A stretch of DNA of 64,000 bases from Thermoanaerobaculia bacterium (lineage in GTDB: Bacteria > Acidobacteriota > Thermoanaerobaculia > Gp7-AA8). The notes below the pieces were generated by a model that saw nothing but the letters and a program-made list of their open reading frames with translations, made no database searches and had not been told where the DNA came from. Positions 46,595 to 56,129 of this stretch are shown piece by piece. A program made the position numbers and the translations under genes. The stretch lies in the NCBI GenBank assembly GCA_017883205.1, contig JADGNZ010000001.1, positions 233,639 to 297,638 of the forward strand, written 5' to 3'. Numbering within the stretch: position 1 is the first letter of the stretch; every line of letters starts with the position of its first letter.

Positions 46595-46762
46595 GAAAAC
46601 CATGGCGTACGCAAGAAAAGCCATGGCGTACGCAAGAAAAGACATGGCGTGCGCACGGAAGGGCGTCGCGAACGCACGAAAACGAATTGCGAACGCACGG
46701 AAAGACATCGCGTGCGCACGAAAAGGAGCCAAGTGCGCGCGGTGAGCAGGCCGGCGCGCACA
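46595..46762. repeat. second tandem array of 21-bp units (gaaaagccatggcgtacgcaa type), ~8 units
   Basis: Units begin with gaaaa/ggaaa A-tracts. The best copies carry the palindromes GCCATGGC and GCGTACGC. The array abuts the previous one. Confidence 0.85.
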
Positions 46763-46961
46763 ACAAGCCGGCTCGATCGCAGGTACACGCTGGCGGTTCG
46801 CACGGCCGCACTCGACGACGACGGCGGGATTACTACAGGGAACACCGGTACATGCGTGGCATCGCTTCGTGATCGAGATCTCCCCCACAAAAAGCGTGGG
46901 GAAGAAGGCGCTCGACGCAAGGAGGCACTGAAAAGGTGTGAGAAATGCGGTCGAGACCCCG

Positions 46962-47819
46962 CTACTGCTGCGCGATCGACTGCGAAACCGTCTGGCTCGT
47001 TCCCGAAACGATGTTTTGCTGCGGAGACAGTTGTGCCTGCGGTTGTGCCTCCGACTGCACTGCCGGCTGCGATTGCGTGCGCGTGACTGCTTTGTTGCCG
47101 AGATACGTGGCGTGACTGATACCCATCAGCGCGATGAGCGTCTGGGGTAGCTGTGGCACGGTGACGGCGCCGAGGGTCATGTTGGTGAACATCGCGTCGG
47201 CGGTGCCGAGGAACACGACGGCGGAGACGATCGTGAAGAAGAACATCTGCACTTTGGAAAGGTCCGTCATGTGGGCGTCGGCAAGCTCGTCGCCTTGGAA
47301 CAGATCGCCGACCGAGGCGTCAGTGATGTTCTTGTTCTTGTACATGACGCCCTGCGCGGCGGTGAAGTCTCCGGCCTGGTCATGCATGTTCGCCTGCGCG
47401 TCCTGCACCGCTGTCGCCGGTGTCGGTTTGCCTGACTTGTTCGCATTGACGATCGACGTGCCGACCGCCGATCCAAGACTGATTCCCATCAACATCAGCA
47501 GATCGGGCCGGAGCAGATCCTGTGCATTCGAGAGCGAGATCCCTTTCCACGCGCGGCCGAGGAGGATCGTGGCGAAATCAGCGAGCACGAGGACGGTCCA
47601 GAGCACGGCCTGGAAGCGCGAAAGGCTCATCACGTTGCGCTCGTTGATGAGGATTCCCCAGAAGCGGCCGGTCACGGCGACGCCGACGGTGATCATCAGC
47701 GCGAGGAGAGCGGCCAGTTCGACCCACAACACTGCGATCGCGTTCTGCGACGCGAAACGCGGCGCAACTGCGATGAATGCGACGCAAACGAGCATGGCAA
47801 GCGCGGACGATGCCTTCAT
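46962..47819 (-). CDS. hypothetical polytopic membrane protein with Gln-rich C-terminal tail
   Basis: The ATG at 47819 is preceded by AGGAGG and gives MKASSALAMLVCVAFIAVAP.... Several hydrophobic helices are present. The tail is ...TQSQPAVQSEAQPQAQLSPQQN.... It lies 39 nt downstream of the PP2C gene. Confidence 0.7.
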   Translation of the reverse strand: MKASSALAMLVCVAFIAVAPRFASQNAIAVLWVELAALLALMITVGVAVTGRFWGILINERNVMSLSRFQAVLWTVLVLADFATILLGRAWKGISLSNAQDLLRPDLLMLMGISLGSAVGTSIVNANKSGKPTPATAVQDAQANMHDQAGDFTAAQGVMYKNKNITDASVGDLFQGDELADAHMTDLSKVQMFFFTIVSAVVFLGTADAMFTNMTLGAVTVPQLPQTLIALMGISHATYLGNKAVTRTQSQPAVQSEAQPQAQLSPQQNIVSGTSQTVSQSIAQQ

Positions 47820-47857
47820 GATGGACCTCCTGTTTGTTTGGGTTGCCTGAAAGGCTA

Positions 47858-48964
47858 CTACCGGCGGGCGATTACCGCAATCGAGACGTCGTCTTCGGGT
47901 GGGCGTCCGCCGGTGAAGAGGTTCCACTCGCCGACGAGCGTCTCGACGAGTGTGGCTGCCGAGGCGGTAGGGTTCCAGCCGGCGATGACATCAACGTAGG
48001 AGTCGCCGAACTCGCGCTCGTTCCCGTTCCGAGCCTCGGTCAGCCCATCCGAGTGGAACAGCAGCCGTTCGCCTCGATCAAGCGAGCCATGGACCTCTTG
48101 CCAGACCATTCCAGTCTTCACGCCGAGCGGATACGACCCGCTGCCGATGCGATCGACGACTTTTCCGGCCGCGATCTTCACGATCTGGGGATGGCCGGCG
48201 ACCGTGGCGAGGAACGTTCCGTCGCGGTCGAACAGGAAGTAGCAGCAGGAGAAGAAAGATCGCGGTCCGCCGGTGCGGCAGAGGATGCGGTTCAGTGAGC
48301 TGATGATGGCCGCCGGCGATGGATCGACATCGAGTTGCGTGCGCCACGCCGCGTGTGCCACGGCCATGACCAGACCCGCGGCCATGCCGTGCCCCGAGGC
48401 ATCGCCGAAGAGGACGGCGAGGCGGCCGTCGGGAAGAGGTACGAAGTCGTAGATGTCGCCGCCGACCGTATTGGCGATCCGGTTGAACGCTGCGATCTCG
48501 TATTCGTCCGTCTGCGGAGGGTGTTTCGGGATGAGATCCGCCTGCAGGTCGCGCGCGAGCTCGAGCTCGTCGCGGTACTTGATCTTGTCGATCAGCTCCA
48601 TCGCCAGCAGCAGCACCACGAGCATGAACGCACCGGTCATCTCGAAGAGCAGCCACGGGTTCTGAATGTGATTGCGCCAGCTCAGGACGCCGAGCAGGCA
48701 GGCGAAGAACCAGACAAACGCGAAGAGAAACACCAGGCGGCGCTGGGGCGTGAGACGCTTCGCCAGGCCGAGGAGCACCGCGCTGCGGGTGCGGACAAAG
48801 CGGCGCAAACGCTTGGGATCGGCGTCGATCTTCGACTGATAGTCGGCGATCAGCATCTTCCGCGTCTCGGGCCATTCGAGCGAGTAGAGATTCGTTACGT
48901 CCTTCGTCTTTAATGACGAAATCGTGTCTTTCCCCAGCTCGACCCAGTCATGAAGCTCTGCCAC
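47858..48964 (-). CDS. membrane-anchored PP2C/SpoIIE-family serine phosphatase (RsbU-like)
   Basis: 368 aa with a GTG start. Two transmembrane segments are followed by ...VGGDIYDFVPL...LFGDASGHGMAAGLVMA...FHSDGLTEA... Confidence 0.85.
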   Translation of the reverse strand: MAELHDWVELGKDTISSLKTKDVTNLYSLEWPETRKMLIADYQSKIDADPKRLRRFVRTRSAVLLGLAKRLTPQRRLVFLFAFVWFFACLLGVLSWRNHIQNPWLLFEMTGAFMLVVLLLAMELIDKIKYRDELELARDLQADLIPKHPPQTDEYEIAAFNRIANTVGGDIYDFVPLPDGRLAVLFGDASGHGMAAGLVMAVAHAAWRTQLDVDPSPAAIISSLNRILCRTGGPRSFFSCCYFLFDRDGTFLATVAGHPQIVKIAAGKVVDRIGSGSYPLGVKTGMVWQEVHGSLDRGERLLFHSDGLTEARNGNEREFGDSYVDVIAGWNPTASAATLVETLVGEWNLFTGGRPPEDDVSIAVIARR

Positions 48965-49019
48965 GGCTGGATTGTACGTAAGAAGTCACAGGCGGGTTCC
49001 AGAGCGGTAGACTGCGCCG

Positions 49020-52000
49020 ATGCGTCGATGGGTGTGCCCACTCGTCCTAGCGGTCAGCGTTGCGCTTATTGGTGCGTTTTCTGTCGCGGGGCAGGAGCTT
49101 CCGTTCCGGCACCTCACGCCGCACGATCAGGTCAATCCGCTCTCCTCCGCAAGCGTTCAGAAGGTCACGCAGGACCACCTCGGCTACATCTGGTTCGCCT
49201 TCTACGCTTCCGGTCTGACGCGCTACGACGGCCATGCCATGGAGCAGTACGGTACGGCTGATGGTCTTCGCGACCTGACCATCCGCGAGGTGGCCGAAGA
49301 CGGAACGCACCACCTTTGGGCGGGATCCGAATCGGGCCTCGTCGTTTCGGAGAAGACGCTCGATGTCTACGAGCCGGGAAAGCGCGTGCGCTTCGTCAGC
49401 GCGGTCGGCAACGAACGGCTGCCGCGGATGCGCGTCCGCCGGAACTGTCTCGTCACCGGTATCGACGGATGGGTCTGGGCCGGCGTGCAGGACCGGATTG
49501 TCCGCTACCGTTTTCACGGCGACGCCCTCGAACGTGGCCGGATCGACGAGGTCCCGACGACTTCGGGAGTCGCGGCCATGCTCATGCGCCGGGACGGCTC
49601 CGTTTTGATTTCGCTCAACTCCGGCGCGGTTCTCCAGTTCGATCGCGAGGGTAAATTCGGCGGCGAGCTTCATGGCTTGCCGTCGTGCGTGAATGGGGTG
49701 CTGCTCGAGGCGCGCGATGGCGCGCTGTGGGGCGGATGCACGAATGGTGTTCTCTGGCGTGGCCAGAACGAGCAGTACGCGGTCATCAATCACGCGCTCA
49801 CGGAGCGAATCGTGTCGATCCTGGAGACGTCACGCGGCGAGCTCTGGGTGGCCAGTCTCGGCTCGGGTGCGATGCGGCTCGACACTCGCAATTTCGCCGG
49901 CGTCTTTCTCGTGAAAAGAGAGAACGATCTCCTTGGCGACACGCTCTGGGACCTTTACGAGGATCGCGAAGGCAATCTCTGGTTTGCCCAGAATGGCGGC
50001 GTGTCACGGCTGCGGAAGGACTATCGCGCGTTCGAAGCGCTTACCGGCCGGTCGCATGCCGGCGAACAACCAGCACTCCCCGATCCGGGCGCGTTCTCGG
50101 TGCTGGCTCCTGAGTCCGGAGCCCCCGGCCCGTGGGCGAATCTTACGATCGTCGGAACGGGTGGCGGCCTGGCGTTCATCGCACCCGACAAGACCACCGG
50201 CGAAGGCGTGGCGCTGGTCGCACCCGACAGGACGCAGAGCGTGCTGCGCGTTGGCGACGGTCTCCTCAGCAACTCGGTCTATTCGCTGACGCGCGATGCC
50301 GAGGGGCGGATCTGGATCGGAACGGTGGGCGGCGTGAACTGCTTGTCCACGCCGGCCAACGCGCCGCCGATGATGACGTCGTCGAAGCGAAACAACGCCA
50401 CGGTTGCCGGCACAGCCGCCGTGATTACGTCCTATCCGGTCGACACGACATACTTGGTACAACCTTTCGAAATTCGCGGCGCGGAGACGATCTGGTTGGC
50501 CGGAATTCACGGAATCGCCTGCCTCGCTGGCGGGCGGTGGTTTACCTTCGGAACGGCGGCCAGACTTCCGCCCGCAGGTGCGACTGCCGTGGCAGTCGAT
50601 GGCGCCGGTTACGTCTGGGCCGGCACGCCGGACAGTGGGCTCCTGCGTAGCGTGGTGCCGTTCGATCCAGCGGTGTGGAAGTCGGGCGACGTGTCGAGAT
50701 TCTTCGCATCTGCGTGGTCGCATGCGACCGGTGCCCGCACCGACTCGATTCGAACGCTGCTCTGGACCGTCGGCAAATTGTGGAGCGGCACCGCCAACGG
50801 CCTGGAAATCCTCGACACGAATCCGCTGCGCATCGTTGCCACGCTTCCTGGATCGTCGCTGGGCGGAAGCCTGGTCGCCGGACTGATGTCGTCACCGAAT
50901 GGCAAGTCGGTCTGGGTCAGTCAGAACGCCGGACTCGTCGAAGTCGATGCGCGCGACTTTCACGTTCTCACGCGGGTGTCGAAAGCGGACGGCCTCATCG
51001 ACGACGAAGCGTGGGCCTACGACCCGCTTGCCGTCGGCGACGACGGCCGGGTCTACTTCGCGACGCCGAGCGGTCTCTCGATTTTCAATCCGGCGTTGCG
51101 TGAGCCCAATGCCGAGCCGCCGATCGTTCGCTTTCGCGACATCACCTTTCGCGAAGACCGAAGGGGCAATAACGAAGTTTCGATTGCGTACGCAGCGCTG
51201 ACCTTCAGCGACGAGTCGCGCGTCGTCTACCGCACACGGCTCTTCGGCTACGACAACGACTGGTCGACTGCGCGGTCCGACGCAAAGATTCGTTACACCA
51301 ACCTTCCCGCGTACCTTTTCCCGAAGTCGTATCGGTTCGCAGTGATGGCGCGAGGCAGCGACGGCGTCTGGTCGCTTCCCGAGCTTTACACCTTCTCCGT
51401 CATGCCGCCGTGGTGGCTCCGCTGGTGGGCGATGATCGCCTATGCCGCGGCCATCGTCGCGGGCGCGAGCGTCGCCAACCGGCTCCGAGTCCGGCGTTTG
51501 CGTCGCCGCAATCGCGAGCTCGAAGCGATCGTCTCCGCGCGAACCCACGAGTTGGAAGCGCTCGACAGGATGGTCGAGATCATCAATCGCGAGCTGGTGA
51601 TCGAGAACGTATTGCGAAGTCTTCTCGAGCAGGGCATGAAGCTCTTTCCGCAGGCGGACGCCGTGGTCTTTGTGCAGTTCGACCATGAACATCGCCGCAC
51701 CGAGGTCGTCGCGGGACTCGGCCACGATCTGGAGACCTTCAGCGAGATTCAACTGTCGCCCGAGGAAGCAACGCGCCGGTACTCGGAGCGGGCCGAGTTG
51801 CTCGAAGAGGGCGTCTATCTGATCAAAGGCGACGTCTTCCCGGAGCTCACCGGCAGCGAGCAGATGACGCATCTGCCGGTTCCTAAGTCGATGCTGGCGA
51901 TGGAAGTCTCCCTCGGCGGACGCGTCGAGGGTTTTCTCGTCTTCGATAACTTCAGCGATCCCGAAGCGTTCAGCCGGAGCGATCTGCGCAAGCTGGCGCG

Positions 52001-53624
52001 CGTGCGCGAGCACGCCATCTCCGCCATTTCCAAGGCGCGCATCCTGCGCGAGCTGCAACTGAAGAATCGGGAGGCCGAGGAGGCCAATCAGGCCAAGAGC
52101 CGCTTCCTGGCCAACATGAGCCACGAGCTGCGAACGCCGATGAACGCCATCATCGGCTTCTCGGAGATTCTCATCGACCGTCTGGAGACGCAGATCGACG
52201 CGAAGTCGTTGACGTTCATCCGGTCGATCCTCAGCTCCGGCAGGCATCTGCTCGAGATCATCAACGACATCCTCGATCTCTCGAAAGTGGAAGCAGGCAG
52301 GATGGAGTTGTTGCCCGAGACGTTTCCCGTGCGCAGCGCGATCGAGAGCATTTGCCAGATCATGCGGGGAATGTCGACGCGCAAGGCGATCTCGTTCGCG
52401 GTGGAGATCGATCCGGGCGTTACCGCGATCGAAACGGACCAGTCGAAGTTCAAGCAGATCCTCTACAACCTGCTCTCCAACGCGGTGAAGTTTTCGCCGA
52501 GCGAGTCGGTCGTAACCATCCATGCGCGGCGCGTCGAGGCCACTGTCGGGGCCCCTGTCGGAGCCACTGACGAGCAGCCTGAATCGATCAGCATCGACGT
52601 CACCGACCACGGCATCGGCATCGCTCCGGAGAACCTGGCGCTGATCTTCGAAGAGTTCCGCCAGGTGGACAGCACGCTTAACCGCCAATACGGCGGAACG
52701 GGCCTGGGCCTCTCTCTCGTGCGGAAGTTCGTCGAGCTGCAGGGTGGAACGCTGACCGTGACGAGCGAGATCGGCAAAGGCAGCACGTTCACGTTCACGC
52801 TGCCGATTCACTTCGCCGGAACGACGATTCCCAGTCCGATCATCAACGTAGACGGTACGGTCATTCCGCCCGGCGAGCGCGTGCTCGTGGTCGAAGACGA
52901 AGACCTCGCGTACGCGACGCTGGCGACGTATCTGCAGTCGGCCGCCTACGTACCGATTCGTGCGCGCAACGCGGATGAGGCGATGCGCCTCGCGCGCAGC
53001 ATCAAACCGGTGGCGGTGACGCTCGACATCGTCCTGCCGGGGGCGCAGGGATGGGATGTTTTGCGCGCGCTCAAGGCAGATGCGGTGACATCCGAGCTGC
53101 CGGTGATCATCGTCTCGATGATCGACAACCGTGAGTTGGGGCTGGCCTTCGGCGCGGACGATTACTTCGTGAAGCCGGTCGATTGGACGCGTTTCATGCG
53201 CCGGCTGCGCGAGATCGCACTGCGAACATCGGCGCCGAAGCGGCCGCGCCTTCTGCTCATCGACGACGATGTCAGCGTTCACGACATTCTGGAGGCGGAG
53301 CTGACGAAGCAGGGCTACCAGATCGAGAAGGCATTCACCGGTATCGAAGGGTTGGAGAAAGCGGGCAGGAACCTGCCGGACGTCATCATTCTCGATCTGA
53401 CCATGCCCGGGATGAGCGGTTTCGAAGTGGCAGCGCATCTGAAGGAGAACGAGGCCACGGCGCGCATTCCGATCCTCGCGTTCACGGCGAAGGAGCTGAC
53501 GGAGCTCGATCGCGATCACTTGCGCGGCGGATTCGCCGCAGTGGTTGCGAAAGGGTCATCATCGGGCAAGCGCCTGATTCAGGCGATTCACGCGCTCGAT
53601 ACGCGGCCCGTGGTTTCTTCGTAG
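49020..53624 (+). CDS. hybrid sensor histidine kinase/response regulator with periplasmic beta-propeller/Y_Y_Y sensor, GAF-like region, HisKA-HATPase and two receiver domains
   Basis: 1534 aa with a signal/transmembrane segment. The N-terminal region has long repeated W/G-rich propeller-like segments, followed by a transmembrane segment ([15 protein letters not shown]). H-box [11 protein letters not shown] and G-box GTGLGLSLV are present. The two REC domains are VLVVEDE...LDIVLPG and LLLIDDD...[10 protein letters not shown]. Confidence 0.9.
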   Translation: MRRWVCPLVLAVSVALIGAFSVAGQELPFRHLTPHDQVNPLSSASVQKVTQDHLGYIWFAFYASGLTRYDGHAMEQYGTADGLRDLTIREVAEDGTHHLWAGSESGLVVSEKTLDVYEPGKRVRFVSAVGNERLPRMRVRRNCLVTGIDGWVWAGVQDRIVRYRFHGDALERGRIDEVPTTSGVAAMLMRRDGSVLISLNSGAVLQFDREGKFGGELHGLPSCVNGVLLEARDGALWGGCTNGVLWRGQNEQYAVINHALTERIVSILETSRGELWVASLGSGAMRLDTRNFAGVFLVKRENDLLGDTLWDLYEDREGNLWFAQNGGVSRLRKDYRAFEALTGRSHAGEQPALPDPGAFSVLAPESGAPGPWANLTIVGTGGGLAFIAPDKTTGEGVALVAPDRTQSVLRVGDGLLSNSVYSLTRDAEGRIWIGTVGGVNCLSTPANAPPMMTSSKRNNATVAGTAAVITSYPVDTTYLVQPFEIRGAETIWLAGIHGIACLAGGRWFTFGTAARLPPAGATAVAVDGAGYVWAGTPDSGLLRSVVPFDPAVWKSGDVSRFFASAWSHATGARTDSIRTLLWTVGKLWSGTANGLEILDTNPLRIVATLPGSSLGGSLVAGLMSSPNGKSVWVSQNAGLVEVDARDFHVLTRVSKADGLIDDEAWAYDPLAVGDDGRVYFATPSGLSIFNPALREPNAEPPIVRFRDITFREDRRGNNEVSIAYAALTFSDESRVVYRTRLFGYDNDWSTARSDAKIRYTNLPAYLFPKSYRFAVMARGSDGVWSLPELYTFSVMPPWWLRWWAMIAYAAAIVAGASVANRLRVRRLRRRNRELEAIVSARTHELEALDRMVEIINRELVIENVLRSLLEQGMKLFPQADAVVFVQFDHEHRRTEVVAGLGHDLETFSEIQLSPEEATRRYSERAELLEEGVYLIKGDVFPELTGSEQMTHLPVPKSMLAMEVSLGGRVEGFLVFDNFSDPEAFSRSDLRKLARVREHAISAISKARILRELQLKNREAEEANQAKSRFLANMSHELRTPMNAIIGFSEILIDRLETQIDAKSLTFIRSILSSGRHLLEIINDILDLSKVEAGRMELLPETFPVRSAIESICQIMRGMSTRKAISFAVEIDPGVTAIETDQSKFKQILYNLLSNAVKFSPSESVVTIHARRVEATVGAPVGATDEQPESISIDVTDHGIGIAPENLALIFEEFRQVDSTLNRQYGGTGLGLSLVRKFVELQGGTLTVTSEIGKGSTFTFTLPIHFAGTTIPSPIINVDGTVIPPGERVLVVEDEDLAYATLATYLQSAAYVPIRARNADEAMRLARSIKPVAVTLDIVLPGAQGWDVLRALKADAVTSELPVIIVSMIDNRELGLAFGADDYFVKPVDWTRFMRRLREIALRTSAPKRPRLLLIDDDVSVHDILEAELTKQGYQIEKAFTGIEGLEKAGRNLPDVIILDLTMPGMSGFEVAAHLKENEATARIPILAFTAKELTELDRDHLRGGFAAVVAKGSSSGKRLIQAIHALDTRPVVSS

Positions 53625-53777
53625 ACCGACGGGAGGCGGGGGTCGGGTGTCGGAAGCGTCATCCTCGTGCTCCGACCCTCCATCTGTGACATCTGCGGAG
53701 GTCACCCTGATTGATCCGCAGATGACGCAGATCGTGATGGTCACTCGATGAATTCGGCAAGTTTTGCCGAGATACAC

Positions 53778-54100
53778 GAGTCGAAACCACTACCGAAATT
53801 GGTCTCGACCCAATTTCACGTGTCAAAACCAATACCGAAATTGGTCCCGACCCAATTTCAGGAGTCAAAACGACTACCGAAATTGGTTTCGACCCAATTT
53901 CACGTGTCAAAACCAATACCGAAATTGGTCCCGACCTAATTTCAGTAGTCAAAACGACCACCGAAATTGGTCCCGACCCAATTTCAGTAGTCAAAACGAC
54001 CACCGAAATTGGTCCCGACCCAAATTCAGTAGTCAAAACGACTACCGAAATTGGTCTCGACCCAATTTCAGGAGTCAAAACGGCTACCGAAATTGGTCTC
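53778..54100. repeat. tandem array, ~7.6 units of 42 bp, each unit with an 8-bp inverted repeat (gaaattgg N7 ccaatttc)
   Basis: Aligned by hand. A representative unit is (g/t)agtcaaaacgac(c/t)accgaaattggtc(c/t)cgacccaatttcag. The array lies in the convergent intergenic region between the kinase gene and the 54288 gene. Confidence 0.9.
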
Positions 54101-54287
54101 GCCCCAGGCACTTTCAAAGTAGGGCCAAGTGCAAAGTTGAAAGCGCCAGACGTTGACTGGATCAGGACACGGTGTCCCTTTAGTCACTTTCAACTTTAGA
54201 CCTGACCCCATTTTGAAAGTTGCTAACTGCTCCGACACCCGACACCCGATCAGCGACTCCCGGACAGACGTCCCACCCCCACCCAAA

Positions 54288-55367
54288 TCACTTCGTGGCC
54301 CGGTAGATCTTCTCGCGGTAACCGGCGACATCCTCGGTCACCTCGATGAATGGGAGCGCGAGATCGATCTCGAGGCACGCATCGCGATAGTGACGTGTTT
54401 CGAAGAGAGCGACGGCGTAGTAGTAGTGATAGCGCTCTTCACCCGGGCCGATCACGCCAACACCTCGAAACGCGCGTAACGCTCCGGCAAAGTCGCGTAC
54501 GCGGTACAGCCCTTCTGCCAGGCGCAGAGCCGGAGCATGTGAAAGCTGCGGCTCGCGAAGGAGCGCGTTGTAGATCGAGCGCGCGCTGTCAGGATCGCCG
54601 TTGTCGATTGCCTGCTGGGCCTCGTCGAGGCGCGCATCGATGGTCTTTTTCGCGGGTTGCTGCTTTGGCGGCACCATCGGAGCGATTGTCTGCAGGGTTC
54701 CGATGCTCGGCTGCGTGCTGGTCCCCTCACGAGGCGACCCCGGAGCCGGGTCCTTCGAAACGGGATGGTCCGTCGAAGGAGCGGAAGCGGCCGGGGAGTG
54801 CTCGTTGGCTGGTGGAGGAGATGACGGCGCAGGAGCCGGCCGCCTACTGTTTCGATCGGGAGCGTTCGCATCGCCGGCTTCGCGCGGAGCCGTTTCAGCA
54901 ACGTTCGGCTTCACGCTGGGAGTCGGTACTTCCACTCGGGGCCTTTCTTTCGCAGCGTCGTCCTGCATCTGTTCGGAGATGCCGAATACCACCGATTCCT
55001 TTTTTGTCAGCAGAGTCGCTGCCGCGCGAAGGAGCTCGGCTCGCAAGTCGTCGGGAATCGTCATCGACCGCAATCGCGGCTGAACCTTTTCTGCGGCGGC
55101 GATGCGGAGCAATGCGTCGCGAGTCTCGCTCTCGTGCCCAAGCCGGTTTGCTGCGATCGCCGCATAGACCTCGGCGGTCTCGAACTTCTCGATCTCCTCC
55201 ACGAGCCCGAATGCCGCCTTGTGCAGCTCGGTGAACGCCAGTTGGTAGTCCGCCGTCCGGAAATCGGCCATTCCCCGCGTGTAGAGCCGTTCGTAAAATT
55301 CGTCAGCGCCGCCAGCCAGTAAAACCGAGGGCGCTAACAATAAGAAGCCTACGGCGAGTTTGCGCAG
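54288..55367 (-). CDS. secreted hypothetical protein with TPR-like C-terminal region (start uncertain: CTG 55367 or TTG 55340)
   Basis: The N-terminal domain ...DEFYERLYTRGMADFRTADYQLAFTELHKAAFGLVEEIEKFETAEVYAAIAANRLG... is paralogous to the next gene. It has a Pro/Ala-rich linker. The TTG start would truncate the apparent signal peptide. Confidence 0.65.
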   Translation of the reverse strand: MRKLAVGFLLLAPSVLLAGGADEFYERLYTRGMADFRTADYQLAFTELHKAAFGLVEEIEKFETAEVYAAIAANRLGHESETRDALLRIAAAEKVQPRLRSMTIPDDLRAELLRAAATLLTKKESVVFGISEQMQDDAAKERPRVEVPTPSVKPNVAETAPREAGDANAPDRNSRRPAPAPSSPPPANEHSPAASAPSTDHPVSKDPAPGSPREGTSTQPSIGTLQTIAPMVPPKQQPAKKTIDARLDEAQQAIDNGDPDSARSIYNALLREPQLSHAPALRLAEGLYRVRDFAGALRAFRGVGVIGPGEERYHYYYAVALFETRHYRDACLEIDLALPFIEVTEDVAGYREKIYRATK

Positions 55368-55539
55368 AATTCGCTCTCCTTCGAACGTGCGAGAAATCGA
55401 TCACGGGACGATTGAAAGACGGAACACGAGATCCTTTGTTTTTCATCCGGCAGGAATCTCTACGGCACTCCCACCAGATACGGCATCTCAGCATTCCGAT
55501 TCGATGGATCGACTGCCGTCCCCTGCCCGGCAGCCGAAC

Positions 55540-55968
55540 TTACCGAGAGCCGGCCGGACGCTGCGTCCGTCCGGCGATGCGCAAAACCGCCCGCTCCTCG
55601 GTCGTCAGGAGAAGCGTTGCCGCCCGCTCGAGCTCCGCGCGCAGAGCATCGGGAATCGCAATCGAGCGAAAGTGCGGTTGGATGCCGTCGGCCTTCGCAA
55701 TCCCGACCAGGGCGACGCGCGTGAGAGCCTCGTTGCCCAATCGATTCGCTGCAATCGCCGCATACGCCTCGGCGGTCTCAAATCGTTCCAGTTGATCGAC
55801 GAGCCCGAATGCCGCCAGGTGAAGGTCGTTGAACGCAGCCTGATACTCAGAGGCATGGAAGTGGGCCATGCCCCGCGTGTAAAGGCCCTCGTAGAAGTCG
55901 TCACCGAAACCGGCAAACCCGGCCGCAGGAACAAGGAGGAACAGGAGGCACACGACAACTCTTTGCAG
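55540..55968 (-). CDS. secreted hypothetical protein, paralog of the N-terminal domain of the previous gene (start uncertain)
   Basis: ...DDFYEGLYTRGMAHFHASEYQAAFNDLHLAAFGLVDQLERFETAEAYAAIAANRLG.... GGAAGGAGG lies just upstream of GTT-CTG at 55971-55966. The ORF-track start (56136) adds an implausible Arg-rich leader. Confidence 0.6.
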   Translation of the reverse strand: MQRVVVCLLFLLVPAAGFAGFGDDFYEGLYTRGMAHFHASEYQAAFNDLHLAAFGLVDQLERFETAEAYAAIAANRLGNEALTRVALVGIAKADGIQPHFRSIAIPDALRAELERAATLLLTTEERAVLRIAGRTQRPAGSR

Positions 55969-56129
55969 AACGTACCTCCTTCCGGAGCATGAGGATCGGG
56001 TCAGGCGACCATGGAGCAGGCATCCAGCATACTCTGCATGTTTCGTGCGCGGGATGGGGATGCTGGGTTGCCGAATAACCCGGCGACCCACCAACCCAGC
56101 ACCAAATCGCGATAGCATCGGATTTCGCC

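Noticed and set aside
46026-47086. ORFs 46026..46811 (-), 46252..46872 (+) and 46301..47086 (+) with GLTDPQR / RCGSVSP / RSARAVD repeats.
   Set aside because: Same artefact as above, caused by 21-bp arrays that are open in several frames. The minus-strand ORF also overlaps the trmFO 3' end.
53659-54156. ORFs 53659..54117 (-) and 53764..54156 (+) over the 42-bp array; also considered as a CRISPR array.
   Set aside because: The units are contiguous with no unique spacers and no cas genes are nearby, so this is not CRISPR. The ORFs are frame-open repeat artefacts.
54255-54290. G-quadruplex motif on the minus strand downstream of the 54288 gene (tttgggtgggggtgggacgtctgtccggg).
   Set aside because: Only three closely spaced G-runs are present, and the fourth is 10 nt away. 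This is weaker than the heptamer-arm G4 motifs reported elsewhere in the window.
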